From an uncultured SAR86 cluster bacterium (GTDB taxonomy: Bacteria > Pseudomonadota > Gammaproteobacteria > Magnimaribacterales > TMED112), in contig CACIDC010000002.1 in the NCBI GenBank assembly GCA_902585315.1, forward strand, positions 37,789 to 101,788: a DNA stretch of 64,000 nt. Direction: 5' to 3'. Below the pieces are notes generated by a model. The model was given only the letters and a program-made list of their open reading frames with translations. It made no database searches and was not told where the DNA came from. Position 1 is the first letter of the stretch; each line of letters opens with the position of its first letter. Below are positions 16,173 through 26,863 of the stretch, piece by piece. The translations under genes and the position numbers were made by a program.

Positions 16173-16738
16173 TTTTTATGAAGTTCATTCATGGCAATTA
16201 GCCATTTCTTTTCGAGAATAAAATCTCTGGCACAATCTGCTTTTGCAAAAGATTCTTTTAAGCCCTGTTTTTCTTGTGGGTTTGGTTTTTTTATCACCCA
16301 TGCATTTGTTTCTTTTTTGGTAGGTGGGTGGCCAATACCAAATCTTAAGCGAACAAAATCTTTACCAGCTTTTTCAATAATATCTTTAAGACCGTTGTGC
16401 CCGCCATGTCCACCACCTTCTTTAAGTTTGACCTCTCCAGGCTCAAGATCCATATCATCATGGATTACTAAAATGTCTGATAAATTTTTAACATGATATT
16501 TCTTAACGAGAAGAACTGATTTACCACTATTATTTATGTACTCATTAGATTTTAGAAAGCCAACCTTTAAATCATTAATGACAGCCTCTCCGTAATGACC
16601 ATCAAGCTTTTTATTTGGGGTTAAAACAATACCCAGATCATTGCAAAGGTTTTCAAGATAGTCATAGCCAGCATTATGTCGGGTTTTAGAATGTTTATCA
16701 CCTGGGTTTCCTAGACCAATAATGCAAAGATCTAACAA
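16169..16738 (-). CDS. pth: peptidyl-tRNA hydrolase
   Basis: IIGLGNPGDKHSKTRHNAGY and the HGGHNG motif. I set the start at TTG (16738-16736), one nt after the rplY stop, giving a typical 189-aa Pth. The longer track ORF runs antisense-frame through the rplY tail. Confidence 0.9.
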   Translation of the reverse strand: MLDLCIIGLGNPGDKHSKTRHNAGYDYLENLCNDLGIVLTPNKKLDGHYGEAVINDLKVGFLKSNEYINNSGKSVLLVKKYHVKNLSDILVIHDDMDLEPGEVKLKEGGGHGGHNGLKDIIEKAGKDFVRLRFGIGHPPTKKETNAWVIKKPNPQEKQGLKESFAKADCARDFILEKKWLIAMNELHKK

Positions 16739-16739
16739 G

Positions 16740-17447
16740 TTATTCGGATTTTTCCTCAGAATTATCTGAGCTAGTTTCTTCAGAAGATTTCTCATCGCTT
16801 GCTTCAGTGCTCTCTGCTTCAGCACCCTCTTCAACATCATCGACCTCTTCATCTTCAAAATCAAGACCTCCACCTCTAGCTGTTAGAACTGAAACTAAAA
16901 CAGGATCTTGATTCTTTAAACTTGAAGGAAAATCATAATCATTATTTTGGGATAAAGAACTTAACCTTACTTTTTCCTTCGCTTTAATTTCTTCCATATC
17001 AACTTCAATAGATTCAGGTATTGACTCTGGGTTTGCTAAAACTGAGATTTCTTTAAGTACATGATTTATTACCCCGCCCTCAATCTTCACTCCAAAGCAT
17101 TTATCTTGATTTTTTAGTAGCACAGGAACAACAACATTAACCTTCGTGCCTTCAACTACTCTTTGTAAATCAATGTGGGTAAATATATTTTTAGATGGAT
17201 GTTTTTGAACTTCTTTGAAAACAACATTTTCGGTTTTTTTATCTAGCTCCACTTCTACGACTGTATTAAAAAGACCTTCATTGTTTATAATTTTCAGAAG
17301 CTCATTGTTATTTACCAAGATTGGTAGTGGTTCATCTTTTCCACCATATATTATGCCTGGAATCTTGTTTTCCTTGTATACAGCTTTTTTGGAGCTTAAT
17401 CCTCCAACTTTTTCTCTTTTTTCAGCTTTAAGTTTTAAATTTTCCAT
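16740..17447 (-). CDS. rplY: 50S ribosomal protein L25 / general stress protein Ctc
   Basis: 235 aa with the L25 N-domain (REKVGGLSSKKAVYKENKIPGIIYG), a Ctc C-domain and a long acidic Ser/Glu tail. Confidence 0.9.
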   Translation of the reverse strand: MENLKLKAEKREKVGGLSSKKAVYKENKIPGIIYGGKDEPLPILVNNNELLKIINNEGLFNTVVEVELDKKTENVVFKEVQKHPSKNIFTHIDLQRVVEGTKVNVVVPVLLKNQDKCFGVKIEGGVINHVLKEISVLANPESIPESIEVDMEEIKAKEKVRLSSLSQNNDYDFPSSLKNQDPVLVSVLTARGGGLDFEDEEVDDVEEGAEAESTEASDEKSSEETSSDNSEEKSE

Positions 17448-17449
17448 CT

Positions 17450-18397
17450 TTAACTAAATAATTCACTGATTGACTCGCCTGTCATAAGTCTTGTTATTGC
17501 CTGTGACAGTATTGGCGATATATCAAAGACGTCTATTTTAGGACATTTTTTAGATTTGTCACCAATATCTATAGAGTTTGATACTACCAACTTATCAATT
17601 GCGGAATTATTTAAATTTTCTATAGCATTTCCAGATAATACTGGGTGTGTAATGTAAGCAATAATCTCCTTGGCACCTTTTTCTTTAAGAGCATGACTTG
17701 CGTTGCTAAGTGTGCCTGCTGTATCAATCAAATCATCTGGAACTATGCAAACCTTATTTTTAACATCTCCAATTAAGTTTATCACCTCAGATTCGTTTGC
17801 TTTCTCCCTTCTTTTATCAATAATTGCAAGATCTTTTACTCCAAGAGTCTTAGCTACAGAACGAGCTCTAATTACCCCACCTGTATCTGGTGAAACAACT
17901 TGTAGATCCTCTACATTATGATTATCTAACAAGTCTTTAACCATTAAATTTGCAGTGTAAATATTGTCCATTGGAAAAGAGAAGAAACCTTGAATCTGCT
18001 CAGAATGAATATCTAATGTAATAATTCGGGTAACACCTGCATTAGAAAGCATATCAGCTACGACTTTTGCGCTTATTGGTACTCTGGCAGACCTAATTCT
18101 TCTATCTTGTCGTGAATAACCAAAGTACGGAATAACTGCTGTGATTGATCTAACCGATGCCCTTTTTAGCGCATCAATGATAAGTATTAACTCCATCAAG
18201 TTTTTTTCAGCAGGAAAATTAGTTGATTGAATTACAAATGTATCTTTTCCTCTTACATTTTCAGTAATTTCGACATTTATTTCACCATCACTGAAAGTAC
18301 CTACTTTTATGGCACCTAAATTTGCATTAAGGTTTTCAGCAACTTTTGTTGCAAGCTGTGGATTGGAACCTCCTGTAAATAGTACTTTATTATCCAT
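17450..18397 (-). CDS. prs: ribose-phosphate pyrophosphokinase
   Basis: 315 aa with DLHSEQIQGFF, SPDTGG and the PRPP-binding loop VCIVPDDLIDTAGTL. Confidence 0.96.
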   Translation of the reverse strand: MDNKVLFTGGSNPQLATKVAENLNANLGAIKVGTFSDGEINVEITENVRGKDTFVIQSTNFPAEKNLMELILIIDALKRASVRSITAVIPYFGYSRQDRRIRSARVPISAKVVADMLSNAGVTRIITLDIHSEQIQGFFSFPMDNIYTANLMVKDLLDNHNVEDLQVVSPDTGGVIRARSVAKTLGVKDLAIIDKRREKANESEVINLIGDVKNKVCIVPDDLIDTAGTLSNASHALKEKGAKEIIAYITHPVLSGNAIENLNNSAIDKLVVSNSIDIGDKSKKCPKIDVFDISPILSQAITRLMTGESISELFS

Positions 18398-18406
18398 TAT
18401 ATATTA

Positions 18407-18481
18407 TGGCTGGGGTGGTAGGATTCGAACCTACGCATGGAGGCATCAAAAGCCTCTGCCTTACCACTTGGCGACACCCCA
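18407..18481 (-). tRNA. tRNA-Gln (anticodon TTG), CCA encoded
   Basis: The reverse complement reads TGGGGTGTCGCCAAGTGGTAAGGCAGAGGCTTTTGATGCCTCCATGCGTAGGTTCGAATCCTACCACCCCAGCCA. Close to E. coli tRNA-Gln, and sits in the conserved ispE-tRNA-Gln-prs position. Confidence 0.93.
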
Positions 18482-18486
18482 ATGTT

Positions 18487-19284
18487 CTAGTGATAGTATT
18501 CTAATGCTTTAACTTGAAAAACTCTAAAATTATTTTCAATTTTGTTAAAGATAATATCAATCTCTTCTTTGTCTGGATCTTGAATAAACATTGCAGAGCC
18601 AGAACCGCTAAGTTTTATCTTTTGAAAAGTATGTGCGCCTAATAAAGATTCAAGGCCAAAATAATGTTTTTTAAACATTTCATCTTCTAGCAGTAAAGCA
18701 CTGAGTAAACTATTCTTTGATTTATCGACCTTTTTATCAAAGGAAAGGTGTTTAGAATTAAAAATTTTTGCGGTAGAGACAAAAATATTTGGAATTAAGA
18801 GCAAATAGGTTGAGGTTGATGAGTATTTATCTTTCAAGATCTCTCCACATCCTTCAGCATAAGAGCTTGAGCCTTTTAAGAAAACTGGAACGTCTGCTCC
18901 TAAACTAAAACAGATATCTTCTAAGTTCAAAGAATTGAGATTCTCACCATGATATTTACATAAAAATTTTAGTGTAGTTGCGCAATTTGAACTTCCACCA
19001 CCTAAGCCAGCCCCAATTGGTATATTTTTCTTAAGCTTAACCTTGAACCTTTGATTTTTATTGAATTTATGGTTAAACCAATTTATAGCTTCAAATATTG
19101 AATTATTTTTAAGTCCCAAGTTTGCATTTGTTTCAATTTCGTCAATAGGATTTTCCTCATATTCAATCTCATCAAAAATATCAATTAACTGATAATGAGT
19201 AGTGATTTGGTGGTAGCCATTTGGCAATTTACGCAAAACATTTAAAAAACTATTAATTTTTCCGCAACTTTTATATCTAAACAT
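18487..19284 (-). CDS. ispE: 4-diphosphocytidyl-2-C-methyl-D-erythritol kinase
   Basis: 265 aa with the GHMP kinase motif PIGAGLGGGSSNCATTL. Conserved lolB-ispE-prs synteny. Confidence 0.9.
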   Translation of the reverse strand: MFRYKSCGKINSFLNVLRKLPNGYHQITTHYQLIDIFDEIEYEENPIDEIETNANLGLKNNSIFEAINWFNHKFNKNQRFKVKLKKNIPIGAGLGGGSSNCATTLKFLCKYHGENLNSLNLEDICFSLGADVPVFLKGSSSYAEGCGEILKDKYSSTSTYLLLIPNIFVSTAKIFNSKHLSFDKKVDKSKNSLLSALLLEDEMFKKHYFGLESLLGAHTFQKIKLSGSGSAMFIQDPDKEEIDIIFNKIENNFRVFQVKALEYYH

Positions 19285-19696
19285 TTCTTAAGATCATTTT
19301 AATTCTTGTATCTTTCTCATTATCGACAAAGTTTAATTCACAACTAGGTGTTTTTAGGCATTGGTTTAGTAAAAAGCTCTTAATTTGTAAGGGCTCAGGC
19401 ATGGAATCCATAATATCTACATTTTTCATATTTATTTTGTTCCAATATTTTCCAGAACCTTGTAAATTCTCGATTAAATCCCCATTAATTGGATCGAATA
19501 GTAAGATTTGTAAGTTTTCTTCGTCACCAAAAATTTTTATTGAAAAAATTGCTGAAATTTCATCTGATACATAAGATAATTTTCCTTCAAGATTGTATGT
19601 TTGAACAGATGTATTTAAACTTGCACAGCTTGATAAAATAAATATTAAAAAAATAGGATAAAAAAATAATCTTGAAATAAAACCATGGAATTTCAT
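19277..19696 (-). CDS. lolB: outer-membrane lipoprotein LolB (short form)
   Basis: Lipoprotein signal [24 protein letters not shown]. The position between ispE and divergent hemA is conserved in gammaproteobacteria. The start could be 19696 or 19714. Confidence 0.6.
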   Translation of the reverse strand: MKFHGFISRLFFYPIFLIFILSSCASLNTSVQTYNLEGKLSYVSDEISAIFSIKIFGDEENLQILLFDPINGDLIENLQGSGKYWNKINMKNVDIMDSMPEPLQIKSFLLNQCLKTPSCELNFVDNEKDTRIKMILRNV

Positions 19697-20848
19697 TGTT
19701 GGGGAATAAGTCATAAATCTACCTCATTAGAGGTTAGAGAAAAATTTGCTTTTAATAAAGAGAAGATTGATGAAATTATTGCAAATTTGAAGAGCCTCAC
19801 ACCCTTTGAGAATGGCATATTTTTGTCAACATGTAATAGAACAGAATTCTATTCTTTCTGCAAAAGAACCGACATTAAAGTATTTGATCAGTATCTCGAG
19901 AACTTAACGGGAAAAAATATAAACCTCAGAAAGAATGACCAATATTTATTTTCAAATAATGACGCTTTTAAACATTTACTAAGAGTTATGACAGGCATCG
20001 ATTCTATGATTGTTGGAGAACCGGATATTTTTGGACAAGTTAAAAAATCTTTTCAAAATTCTAAAGAATTTCTTTATTTAGGTTCTGAATTGGAAATTGT
20101 TTTCAATAGAGCTATAAATTTATCAAAAGATATTAGATCTGAAACACAATTATCAAAAAATCCTTTATCAATTGCTTCACTCGTTGAGAGCAAGATCTTA
20201 GAACTTGAAAAAAAGCCAATATTAATTATTGGTGGAGGCGATGTTGGCAGGGCACTGATAAAAAGACTTAATGAGAGAAATTATCAACTAAAGCTATTCA
20301 ATAGATCGGAAATTACAATTGAAAAGATCAAATCAAATCCTTTAAAGGAATTAGACTCAAATATTTCTGATTTTCAAATAATTGTAATTGCTGCGTCAGC
20401 AGACTCACCTTTATTTGATTTAAATAATTTGCGTGATGATGCTGTTATTTTTGACCTTGCTATACCAAGGAATATATCTGAAGAACAAAAGAATAGTATG
20501 GGAATAAGTATCTTAACTCTTGATGAAATTAGTGAAATGGTGAAAGCGAATCTTAAAGGAAGGGAAGAAGCGGTCAAATTAGCAGAAGATTTAATTACCA
20601 CAAATGCTGATAGCGAGTTTAGTAAACTCAAAAATAGAAAAAATATAAATAATGTACAGAAAAAGTTTCATCAAGAACAAAGCCAAATAAAAGATAATGC
20701 TGTAGAGAATGCATTAAAGAAATTAAAAGATGGTTCAAAGCCTGAAGATATTATTGAGGGTCTTGCTGAGGAGATTGCCTCAAAGAATGCATTTCATGTT
20801 TCTAAAATTTTAGATCAATCCTTTTCCTCTAAAAATAGAGACAATTAA
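19685..20848 (+). CDS. hemA: glutamyl-tRNA reductase
   Basis: 387 aa with [17 protein letters not shown], catalytic Cys in [10 protein letters not shown], and a Rossmann motif IIGGGDVG. Confidence 0.92.
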   Translation: MEFHCWGISHKSTSLEVREKFAFNKEKIDEIIANLKSLTPFENGIFLSTCNRTEFYSFCKRTDIKVFDQYLENLTGKNINLRKNDQYLFSNNDAFKHLLRVMTGIDSMIVGEPDIFGQVKKSFQNSKEFLYLGSELEIVFNRAINLSKDIRSETQLSKNPLSIASLVESKILELEKKPILIIGGGDVGRALIKRLNERNYQLKLFNRSEITIEKIKSNPLKELDSNISDFQIIVIAASADSPLFDLNNLRDDAVIFDLAIPRNISEEQKNSMGISILTLDEISEMVKANLKGREEAVKLAEDLITTNADSEFSKLKNRKNINNVQKKFHQEQSQIKDNAVENALKKLKDGSKPEDIIEGLAEEIASKNAFHVSKILDQSFSSKNRDN

Positions 20849-20853
20849 AAATT

Positions 20854-21933
20854 ATGAAAGATAGTATTAGAAGCTCCTTGGAGAGCCTACAAGAAAAAGC
20901 AAATTCATTAAGTAATAAGCTTTCAGATCCATCTATTACTTCAGATATCTCAAAATTAACTAATCTAAATAAAGAATTTGCTGAAATAAAAGATGTTGTT
21001 GAAAATTGGTCCGAATATCAAAATACCGAAAAAACTTTGACAGACTTAGAAAACCTTTTAAATGATGACGAAATGAAAGACATGGCAACAGAGGAGAAGT
21101 TAAATTGTGAAGAACGGTTAAGACAACTTGAATCTGAAATAATGATTCAACTTTTACCTAAAGATAAAGACGATTCTCGGAATTCATTTTTAGAGCTTAG
21201 GGCTGGTGCAGGTGGAGATGAGGCCGCAATATTTGTTGGAGATTTGTATAGAATGTTTTCTAGATATGCTGAACGAAGCAATTGGAAAACAGAACAAATT
21301 AAAGAAGTAGTCTCAGGTCCTGGAGGCTTTAAAGAAGTTGTCATTAAAATAATTGGGAATGATTCATATGGAAAATTAAAATTTGAATCTGGAGTTCATA
21401 GAGTTCAAAGAGTACCACTTACCGAATCTCAAGGCAGGATTCATACTTCCACAGCAACCGTGGCTGTTATGCCTGAAATGGATGATATTCAAGAAAAAGA
21501 TTTAGATATGTCTGAAATAAGAGTGGATACTTATAGAGCCTCAGGAGCAGGAGGTCAGCATGTTAATAAAACAGATTCAGCGGTGCGATTAACTCATATC
21601 CCCTCAGGAATTGTAGTTGAGTGCCAAGATGATAGAAGCCAGCATAAAAATAAGGCTAAAGCTCTTGCATTGCTTTCTGCAAAAATATATGACGTTGAAA
21701 AACAAAAAATTGAGCAGGAAAAAGCTAATGAAAGAAAATCATTAGTTGGTACCGGCGACAGAAGTGAAAAAATTAGAACATATAATTTTCCTCAAGGTAG
21801 AGTAACTGACCATAGGTTAAAATTAACTTTGTATAACATCGAAAATTTTTTAGATGGTGATATAGATGAGATGCTTGATTCTTTAAAAGCACAAAGCAAT
21901 GCAGAGAAACTTCTTGAAATCCAAGACGAGTGA
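20854..21933 (+). CDS. prfA: peptide chain release factor 1
   Basis: 359 aa with GGQ motif [19 protein letters not shown] and an RF1-type PxT tripeptide ([14 protein letters not shown]). Confidence 0.96.
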   Translation: MKDSIRSSLESLQEKANSLSNKLSDPSITSDISKLTNLNKEFAEIKDVVENWSEYQNTEKTLTDLENLLNDDEMKDMATEEKLNCEERLRQLESEIMIQLLPKDKDDSRNSFLELRAGAGGDEAAIFVGDLYRMFSRYAERSNWKTEQIKEVVSGPGGFKEVVIKIIGNDSYGKLKFESGVHRVQRVPLTESQGRIHTSTATVAVMPEMDDIQEKDLDMSEIRVDTYRASGAGGQHVNKTDSAVRLTHIPSGIVVECQDDRSQHKNKAKALALLSAKIYDVEKQKIEQEKANERKSLVGTGDRSEKIRTYNFPQGRVTDHRLKLTLYNIENFLDGDIDEMLDSLKAQSNAEKLLEIQDE

Positions 21934-22690
21934 TTCACAAATAAGACTCCTTCAGGATGCTTGGCACACTGCTTATCAAAATACTTATGATGAGGGTCTA
22001 AAATTCTTAATCAAAGGCCTAGATTTTCCTGTAGACAGCCTTGATGATGTAATAGATAAAATACTAAAAAAAATTCCAATCCAATATATCCTAAAAAAAT
22101 GGTCATTTTATCAGGGAGAATACTTTTTAAATGAAAATGTTTTAATTCCTCGGCCAGAAACTGAAATACTTGTAGATTACGTAATTTCAAAATTAAACGA
22201 TAAAAAAAGAATTTTGGATCTTGGAACAGGTTCAGGCTGTATTGCAATTGAGCTTTCAAAAAAATTACCAACCGCCAGGATAACTGCTATAGATATATCT
22301 ATAGAAGTTATAGAGCTAGCAAAAAAAAACAACTTTCAGACAGAAAACCCCGTTAAATTCTTCACTTCAAATTGGTTCACTGATGTAAATGAAAAATTTG
22401 ATTTAATTATTTCCAACCCTCCTTACATTTCAAAAGATTCAAATTTAGATGAAAGTCTTAAATTTGAACCTCAGATCGCTTTGTATTCAAAAAATAATGG
22501 TTTAGCTGATTTATCAAAAATTATTATTGGTTCTAGAAAATATTTGAATGAAAATGGTGCACTTATGCTTGAGCATGGAATAGGGCAGGAAGATTATTTA
22601 CAACAAAAAATGATCAAAGAAGGATTTAAAAAGATAGAATTAATAAAAGACTTTAAAGATATAAATCGATTCATCATTGGATACGGATAA
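21899..22690 (+). CDS. prmC: release-factor glutamine N5-methyltransferase PrmC
   Basis: 263 aa with LIPRPETE, the SAM site [12 protein letters not shown] and catalytic NPPY (IISNPPYI). Follows prfA. Confidence 0.9.
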   Translation: MQRNFLKSKTSDSQIRLLQDAWHTAYQNTYDEGLKFLIKGLDFPVDSLDDVIDKILKKIPIQYILKKWSFYQGEYFLNENVLIPRPETEILVDYVISKLNDKKRILDLGTGSGCIAIELSKKLPTARITAIDISIEVIELAKKNNFQTENPVKFFTSNWFTDVNEKFDLIISNPPYISKDSNLDESLKFEPQIALYSKNNGLADLSKIIIGSRKYLNENGALMLEHGIGQEDYLQQKMIKEGFKKIELIKDFKDINRFIIGYG

Positions 22691-22693
22691 AAA

Positions 22694-23680
22694 ATGAAAA
22701 AAATTGGAGTTGTTGAGGGCTACTACGGAAAATCATCAAATTTTGATGATCGAAAAAAAATTATAGAAAGCTTAAATAGATATGATTTAAATTCTTATCT
22801 TTATGCACCAAAAGAAGATCCTTTTCTACGATCTCACATAGATATTGAGTATACAAAGGAATGGCTCACAGCTTTTCGCGATTTTGTTGATTTTTCGAAA
22901 GACCATTCAGTTAATGTTGGTGTCGGACTTGCGCCAGTTAAAACAGCAGATACTGCTGACCTAAAAGAAAAAATTAAAGTATTCGAAGAACAAGGTATAG
23001 GTTCTTTTTCTATTCTTTTTGATGACATTGAAGAAGGCTTTTGCTTCGAAAAACAATTAGAGATTTTTAATGATGTCAAAACTAGTTTTGCAGAAATTTC
23101 TTTTGATTTCTGTCCTACTGTATATTCTACTGAACTTATCAATAAAGATAGAAAACATAATGATTATTTCAATGACTTTGTCAGTCATTTTCCTAAATCA
23201 AGCAATTTTTTTTGGACAGGCGATAAAGTAATAAGTCTTGAAATGAATAAAGACAGCCAATCCTCTTTATCTGATTTTAATAATGAAAATATATTTATTT
23301 GGGATAACTATTTTACTACTGATTCTTGTCCCAAAAATATTAATTTATCTTTTTGCGATCATTTAAGTTTTGAATTTTTGGATTCAAAAAAATGTTATTT
23401 AATAAATTTAACTGGAATGCCCAGAACAGATAAATTAATAGTTGAATTATTCGGCTCTTTTAAGCAGGGAGAGAAAGATTGTTTCGAAAAAATACTGCTA
23501 AGACATGGGGTCGATGAGAGATTTCTAGACTTAATGCATGCACTGAATCCTAATTCCAAGAACAAACTGCATGATAATGATAAACATAAAATTCATGAAA
23601 TTATGTTTTCATGGTTTCACCCACTCAAAAATGAATGGTATCCTTATCTACACAACTTAAAAAAAGGGGAAAATTTATGA
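22694..23680 (+). CDS. GH84-family beta-N-acetylglucosaminidase (O-GlcNAcase-like), catalytic domain only, no signal peptide
   Basis: 328 aa. The following motifs align to the conserved GH84 blocks (GVVEGFYG..W, YIYAPKDDPY, FFDDI, PTEY, WTGDRVIS, WWNFPVSD), including the catalytic Asp-Asp pair: GVVEGYYGK, NSYLYAPKEDPFLR, SFSILFDDIEEG, FCPTVYS, FFWTGDKVIS and IFIWDNYFTTD. Confidence 0.8.
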   Translation: MKKIGVVEGYYGKSSNFDDRKKIIESLNRYDLNSYLYAPKEDPFLRSHIDIEYTKEWLTAFRDFVDFSKDHSVNVGVGLAPVKTADTADLKEKIKVFEEQGIGSFSILFDDIEEGFCFEKQLEIFNDVKTSFAEISFDFCPTVYSTELINKDRKHNDYFNDFVSHFPKSSNFFWTGDKVISLEMNKDSQSSLSDFNNENIFIWDNYFTTDSCPKNINLSFCDHLSFEFLDSKKCYLINLTGMPRTDKLIVELFGSFKQGEKDCFEKILLRHGVDERFLDLMHALNPNSKNKLHDNDKHKIHEIMFSWFHPLKNEWYPYLHNLKKGENL

Positions 23681-25290
23681 GCAACATGCAATCTTGGAAA
23701 CAAAATGTCGGAAGCATAATTAACTATGCAGAAAGAATTTTTCCAGAAGTAGAAATCGTTTCTAGAGCTTTATCTGGAGAAATAGTTAAATCAAACTACG
23801 GGCAAGTTGCCAAAAGAGCTAAAAAATTAGGATCTTCTCTTGAAGCATATGGAATTAAACATGGACAAAATGTTGGGTCACTAGCTTTAAATACTTATAG
23901 AAATATGGAGATGTATTATGGCATATCCGGTATGGGTGCCGTTATGCATACAATTAATTTTAGATTACACCCAGAACAAGTTGTTTATATCATCAATCAT
24001 GCTGAAAACAGAATAATTTTTTTGGAGACTGTTTTTGCTCCTTTACTTGAAGCTATTCAAGCAAACTGTCCAACAGTAGAGAAATACGTGCTGCTTTGTT
24101 CAAAAGAGGAAATGCCTGAAACAACTCTGAAAGATGCAATTTCGTATGAGGAATTTATTGATGATGGTGACGAATCATATAAGTGGCCAGAACTTGAAGA
24201 AGATGCGCCCTGTGGATTGTGCTACACATCTGGAACAACAGGCAATCCAAAAGGAGTTTTATATTCTCATAAGTCTACGTTATTGCACGCATGGGCAGGT
24301 TCATCTGCTAACGGGCTTGGATTAGACAAAGACGATTCAATACTTATGGTTGTCCCAATGTTTCATGTAATGGGTTGGGGCTTACCTTATATTGGTGCAA
24401 TGAACGGTATTAAGTTAGTTCTGCCTGGTATGGGCATGGACGGTGCTGCTCTTGTCGAGCTTATTGAAAAAGAAAAAGTTACTCTTGCTTTTGGCGTGCC
24501 TACTATTTGGCTGGGGCTTTTGAATTATTGCAAGGAGAATTCTATTACTTTAAATACAGTTAAACAAACTGTAATTGGGGGTTCAGCAGTTCCATATGCA
24601 ATGATAAAACAATTTGATGAAGAACATGGAGTAAACGTCGTTCAAGGCTGGGGAATGACAGAAACAAGTCCATTAGCTACAGCTAATATCAAAACTAAAG
24701 AAATGGAAGCATTGCCAAAAGAAGAACTTTACAAGTTGCAAACTAAACAAGGCAAGCCTGTTTTTGGTGTTGAGCTTAAGATAATTGATGATGATGGCAA
24801 TAAACTCCCTGAGGATGGTGAGGCCTATGGGAAGTTAATGATAAGAGGACCATGGATTAACAAAAGATACTATAAACACGATTCTGATGCAGTTGATAAA
24901 GATGGTTGGTTTGACACTGGCGATATTTCTTCAATTGATCCAGATGGATATATGACAATCGTTGATAGAGCTAAGGATGTCATTAAATCAGGAGGTGAGT
25001 GGATAAGCTCAGTTGATCTAGAAAATGCTGCACAAAGTCATCCTGATGTAATGCAAGCATGTGTAATAGGGGTTGCACATCCTAAGTGGGATGAGAGACC
25101 AGTATTACTGGTAGTACCAGCTAATGAAAAGAAAGATAAAGATTCAATTTACGCTTTTCTGGAAGATAAAATTGCCAAATGGTGGAAGCCAGACGATATT
25201 GTTTTTGTAGAGGAGTTGCCAATTGGCGCAACTGGTAAAGTTCTTAAGATTGAGCTAAGAGAAAAGTTTAAAGACCATTTAATGAAGTAA
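23677..25290 (+). CDS. AMP-dependent acyl-CoA synthetase (medium/long-chain fatty-acid--CoA ligase family)
   Basis: AMP-binding motif [12 protein letters not shown], plus [15 protein letters not shown] and GKVLK. I set the start at ATG 23677, which has an AAGGGGA SD and overlaps the upstream stop as ATGA. Confidence 0.9.
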   Translation: MSNMQSWKQNVGSIINYAERIFPEVEIVSRALSGEIVKSNYGQVAKRAKKLGSSLEAYGIKHGQNVGSLALNTYRNMEMYYGISGMGAVMHTINFRLHPEQVVYIINHAENRIIFLETVFAPLLEAIQANCPTVEKYVLLCSKEEMPETTLKDAISYEEFIDDGDESYKWPELEEDAPCGLCYTSGTTGNPKGVLYSHKSTLLHAWAGSSANGLGLDKDDSILMVVPMFHVMGWGLPYIGAMNGIKLVLPGMGMDGAALVELIEKEKVTLAFGVPTIWLGLLNYCKENSITLNTVKQTVIGGSAVPYAMIKQFDEEHGVNVVQGWGMTETSPLATANIKTKEMEALPKEELYKLQTKQGKPVFGVELKIIDDDGNKLPEDGEAYGKLMIRGPWINKRYYKHDSDAVDKDGWFDTGDISSIDPDGYMTIVDRAKDVIKSGGEWISSVDLENAAQSHPDVMQACVIGVAHPKWDERPVLLVVPANEKKDKDSIYAFLEDKIAKWWKPDDIVFVEELPIGATGKVLKIELREKFKDHLMK

Positions 25291-25299
25291 GGAGGAAAA

Positions 25300-25749
25300 A
25301 TGGAAGCTATTAAACCACAAGATTTACATAACGAAGTAGGAAAGACACAAAGCACTTCATGGTTTGTTGTAAACCAAGAAATGATTAATACATTTGCTGA
25401 TGTTACAGACGATCCACAGTTTATTCATGTTGATCCAGAAAGAGCTAAGCCTATTTTTGGGAGCACGATAGCACACGGAGCTTTAATGCTCTCTTTATCT
25501 GTTGGAAAAGGATATGAAACAGCAATACCTGTGGAGGGAACTAAGATGGCTATGAACTATGGCTACGATAAGATCAGATTCATAAGTCCGGTGCCAGTAG
25601 ATTCAAAATGTCGTTATAACAGCACTCTGGTTGAGGTTACTGAAAAGCCTGGTGATAGGTGGCTGCTAAAATTTGCCATTGAACTGGAAATTGAAGGCCA
25701 AGAGAAACCAGGTTTTGTTGCTGAAAACCTAGCTATGATTTTTGTTTAA
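25300..25749 (+). CDS. MaoC-like (R)-specific enoyl-CoA hydratase / hot-dog fold dehydratase
   Basis: 149 aa with [19 protein letters not shown]...[11 protein letters not shown], the MaoC dehydratase signature. Confidence 0.85.
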   Translation: MEAIKPQDLHNEVGKTQSTSWFVVNQEMINTFADVTDDPQFIHVDPERAKPIFGSTIAHGALMLSLSVGKGYETAIPVEGTKMAMNYGYDKIRFISPVPVDSKCRYNSTLVEVTEKPGDRWLLKFAIELEIEGQEKPGFVAENLAMIFV

Positions 25750-26863
25750 TAAATTTTCGTACTTAATTTTTATATCGATAATATTCACTAGTTGTTCTAG
25801 TGAATATAAAAATATTAATGAATGCAAAAGCCTAGGCACCCTTGAACTAATCTGTGGCCTTCAGAACCCTGAAGATTTCGCAGGAATTCCTCATTCAAAT
25901 TCAGTTGTTGTTTCCCAATTTGCCGGTTTACCAGAGTTAAACGAGGGAAGAGTGCTTGTAGGCAAACTTTCAAAGCTTAATTTAGAAACACAAGAAATTA
26001 CAGATTATCAGATTGAATTCTTAGAGAACAATAATATTGGTATAGGTGATCAAACGTGTGAACCATATAAAGAATTTTATCCACATGGCATTGATATTTA
26101 TGAAGATTTAAAGATAAAAGGAGATAATCTAAGCCCTTTTTTAGAGGAAGCTTCATTATTAGCTGTAGTTAATCATCAAAAAAAAAGCAGTATTGAATTT
26201 TTTCTAATTTTTCCAGATTTTGTAAATTTCTCAAATCAAGATGAGCCAACTTTGTTTTGGGTAGGGTGTACCGAAGCCCCAAAAGTAACTACCTATTTTA
26301 ATGATGTTGTTATCAGTGATAAAAATGGATCATTTTACGCCACTCATCAATACGATAAGGACTTAGGGTTTTATCGTTTATTTTTTCTGAATATTTTTAA
26401 ATTAAATACTGGTCACGTATATAGATGGAGTTCAAAGGATGGTTATTCTATTGTTCCTAATTCCCAAGGAACTTGGCCCAATGGTATTGATATGATTGAT
26501 GATGATTTATATGTGAACTACAGAGGAAACGGAAAAATAACAAAATTTAGTTCAAATACTAGTAAAGATTTAATTCTCAGAACATATCTTAATGGTGGTC
26601 CTGATAATGTGACTGCTGTCAGTGATGAATTATGGATAGGAGGACAAAATACTGACCTTGGTGGCTTAAGTTGCATTCCTGAAGATGTTATTCAATGCTC
26701 AATGCCTTTTTTTATTATTAGAGCTGATAGGGACTTAAATATTTTAGAAGAATACAATTTTAAAGACGTTGCATATGGAGGAGCATCAGTTGCATACCCA
26801 TTTGAAGATAAAATTTTTATAGGGGCCTATAAATCCGACAGAATAGCAATTTTTAAAAGATGA
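25742..26863 (+). CDS. paraoxonase/arylesterase-like six-bladed beta-propeller lactonase, lipoprotein
   Basis: 373 aa with TTG start and lipoprotein signal ...IIFTSC. Blocks FYPHGIDIY, LLAVVNHQ..SSIEFF, WPNGIDM, GPDNV...DELWIGG and ASVAYPFEDKIFIGAYKSDRIAIF parallel the serum paraoxonase blocks FNPHGIS, LLVVNHP..STVELF, FANGI, VDNISVDPETGDLWVG and [23 protein letters not shown]. Confidence 0.65.
   Translation: MFNKFSYLIFISIIFTSCSSEYKNINECKSLGTLELICGLQNPEDFAGIPHSNSVVVSQFAGLPELNEGRVLVGKLSKLNLETQEITDYQIEFLENNNIGIGDQTCEPYKEFYPHGIDIYEDLKIKGDNLSPFLEEASLLAVVNHQKKSSIEFFLIFPDFVNFSNQDEPTLFWVGCTEAPKVTTYFNDVVISDKNGSFYATHQYDKDLGFYRLFFLNIFKLNTGHVYRWSSKDGYSIVPNSQGTWPNGIDMIDDDLYVNYRGNGKITKFSSNTSKDLILRTYLNGGPDNVTAVSDELWIGGQNTDLGGLSCIPEDVIQCSMPFFIIRADRDLNILEEYNFKDVAYGGASVAYPFEDKIFIGAYKSDRIAIFKR

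Noticed and set aside
16739-16873. A long N-terminal extension of pth (MEVLILKMKRSMM...).
   Set aside because: It is an alternate frame of the acidic rplY tail. Pth homologs begin right at the GLGNPG strand, and a TTG one nt after the rplY stop fits.
16743-16880. Acidic Ser/Glu-rich tail of L25/Ctc (EDEEVDDVEEGAEAESTEASDEKSSEETSSDNSEEKSE).
   Set aside because: It is a low-complexity C-terminal extension in frame with a clear rplY. It is a curiosity, but I have no evidence of separate function.
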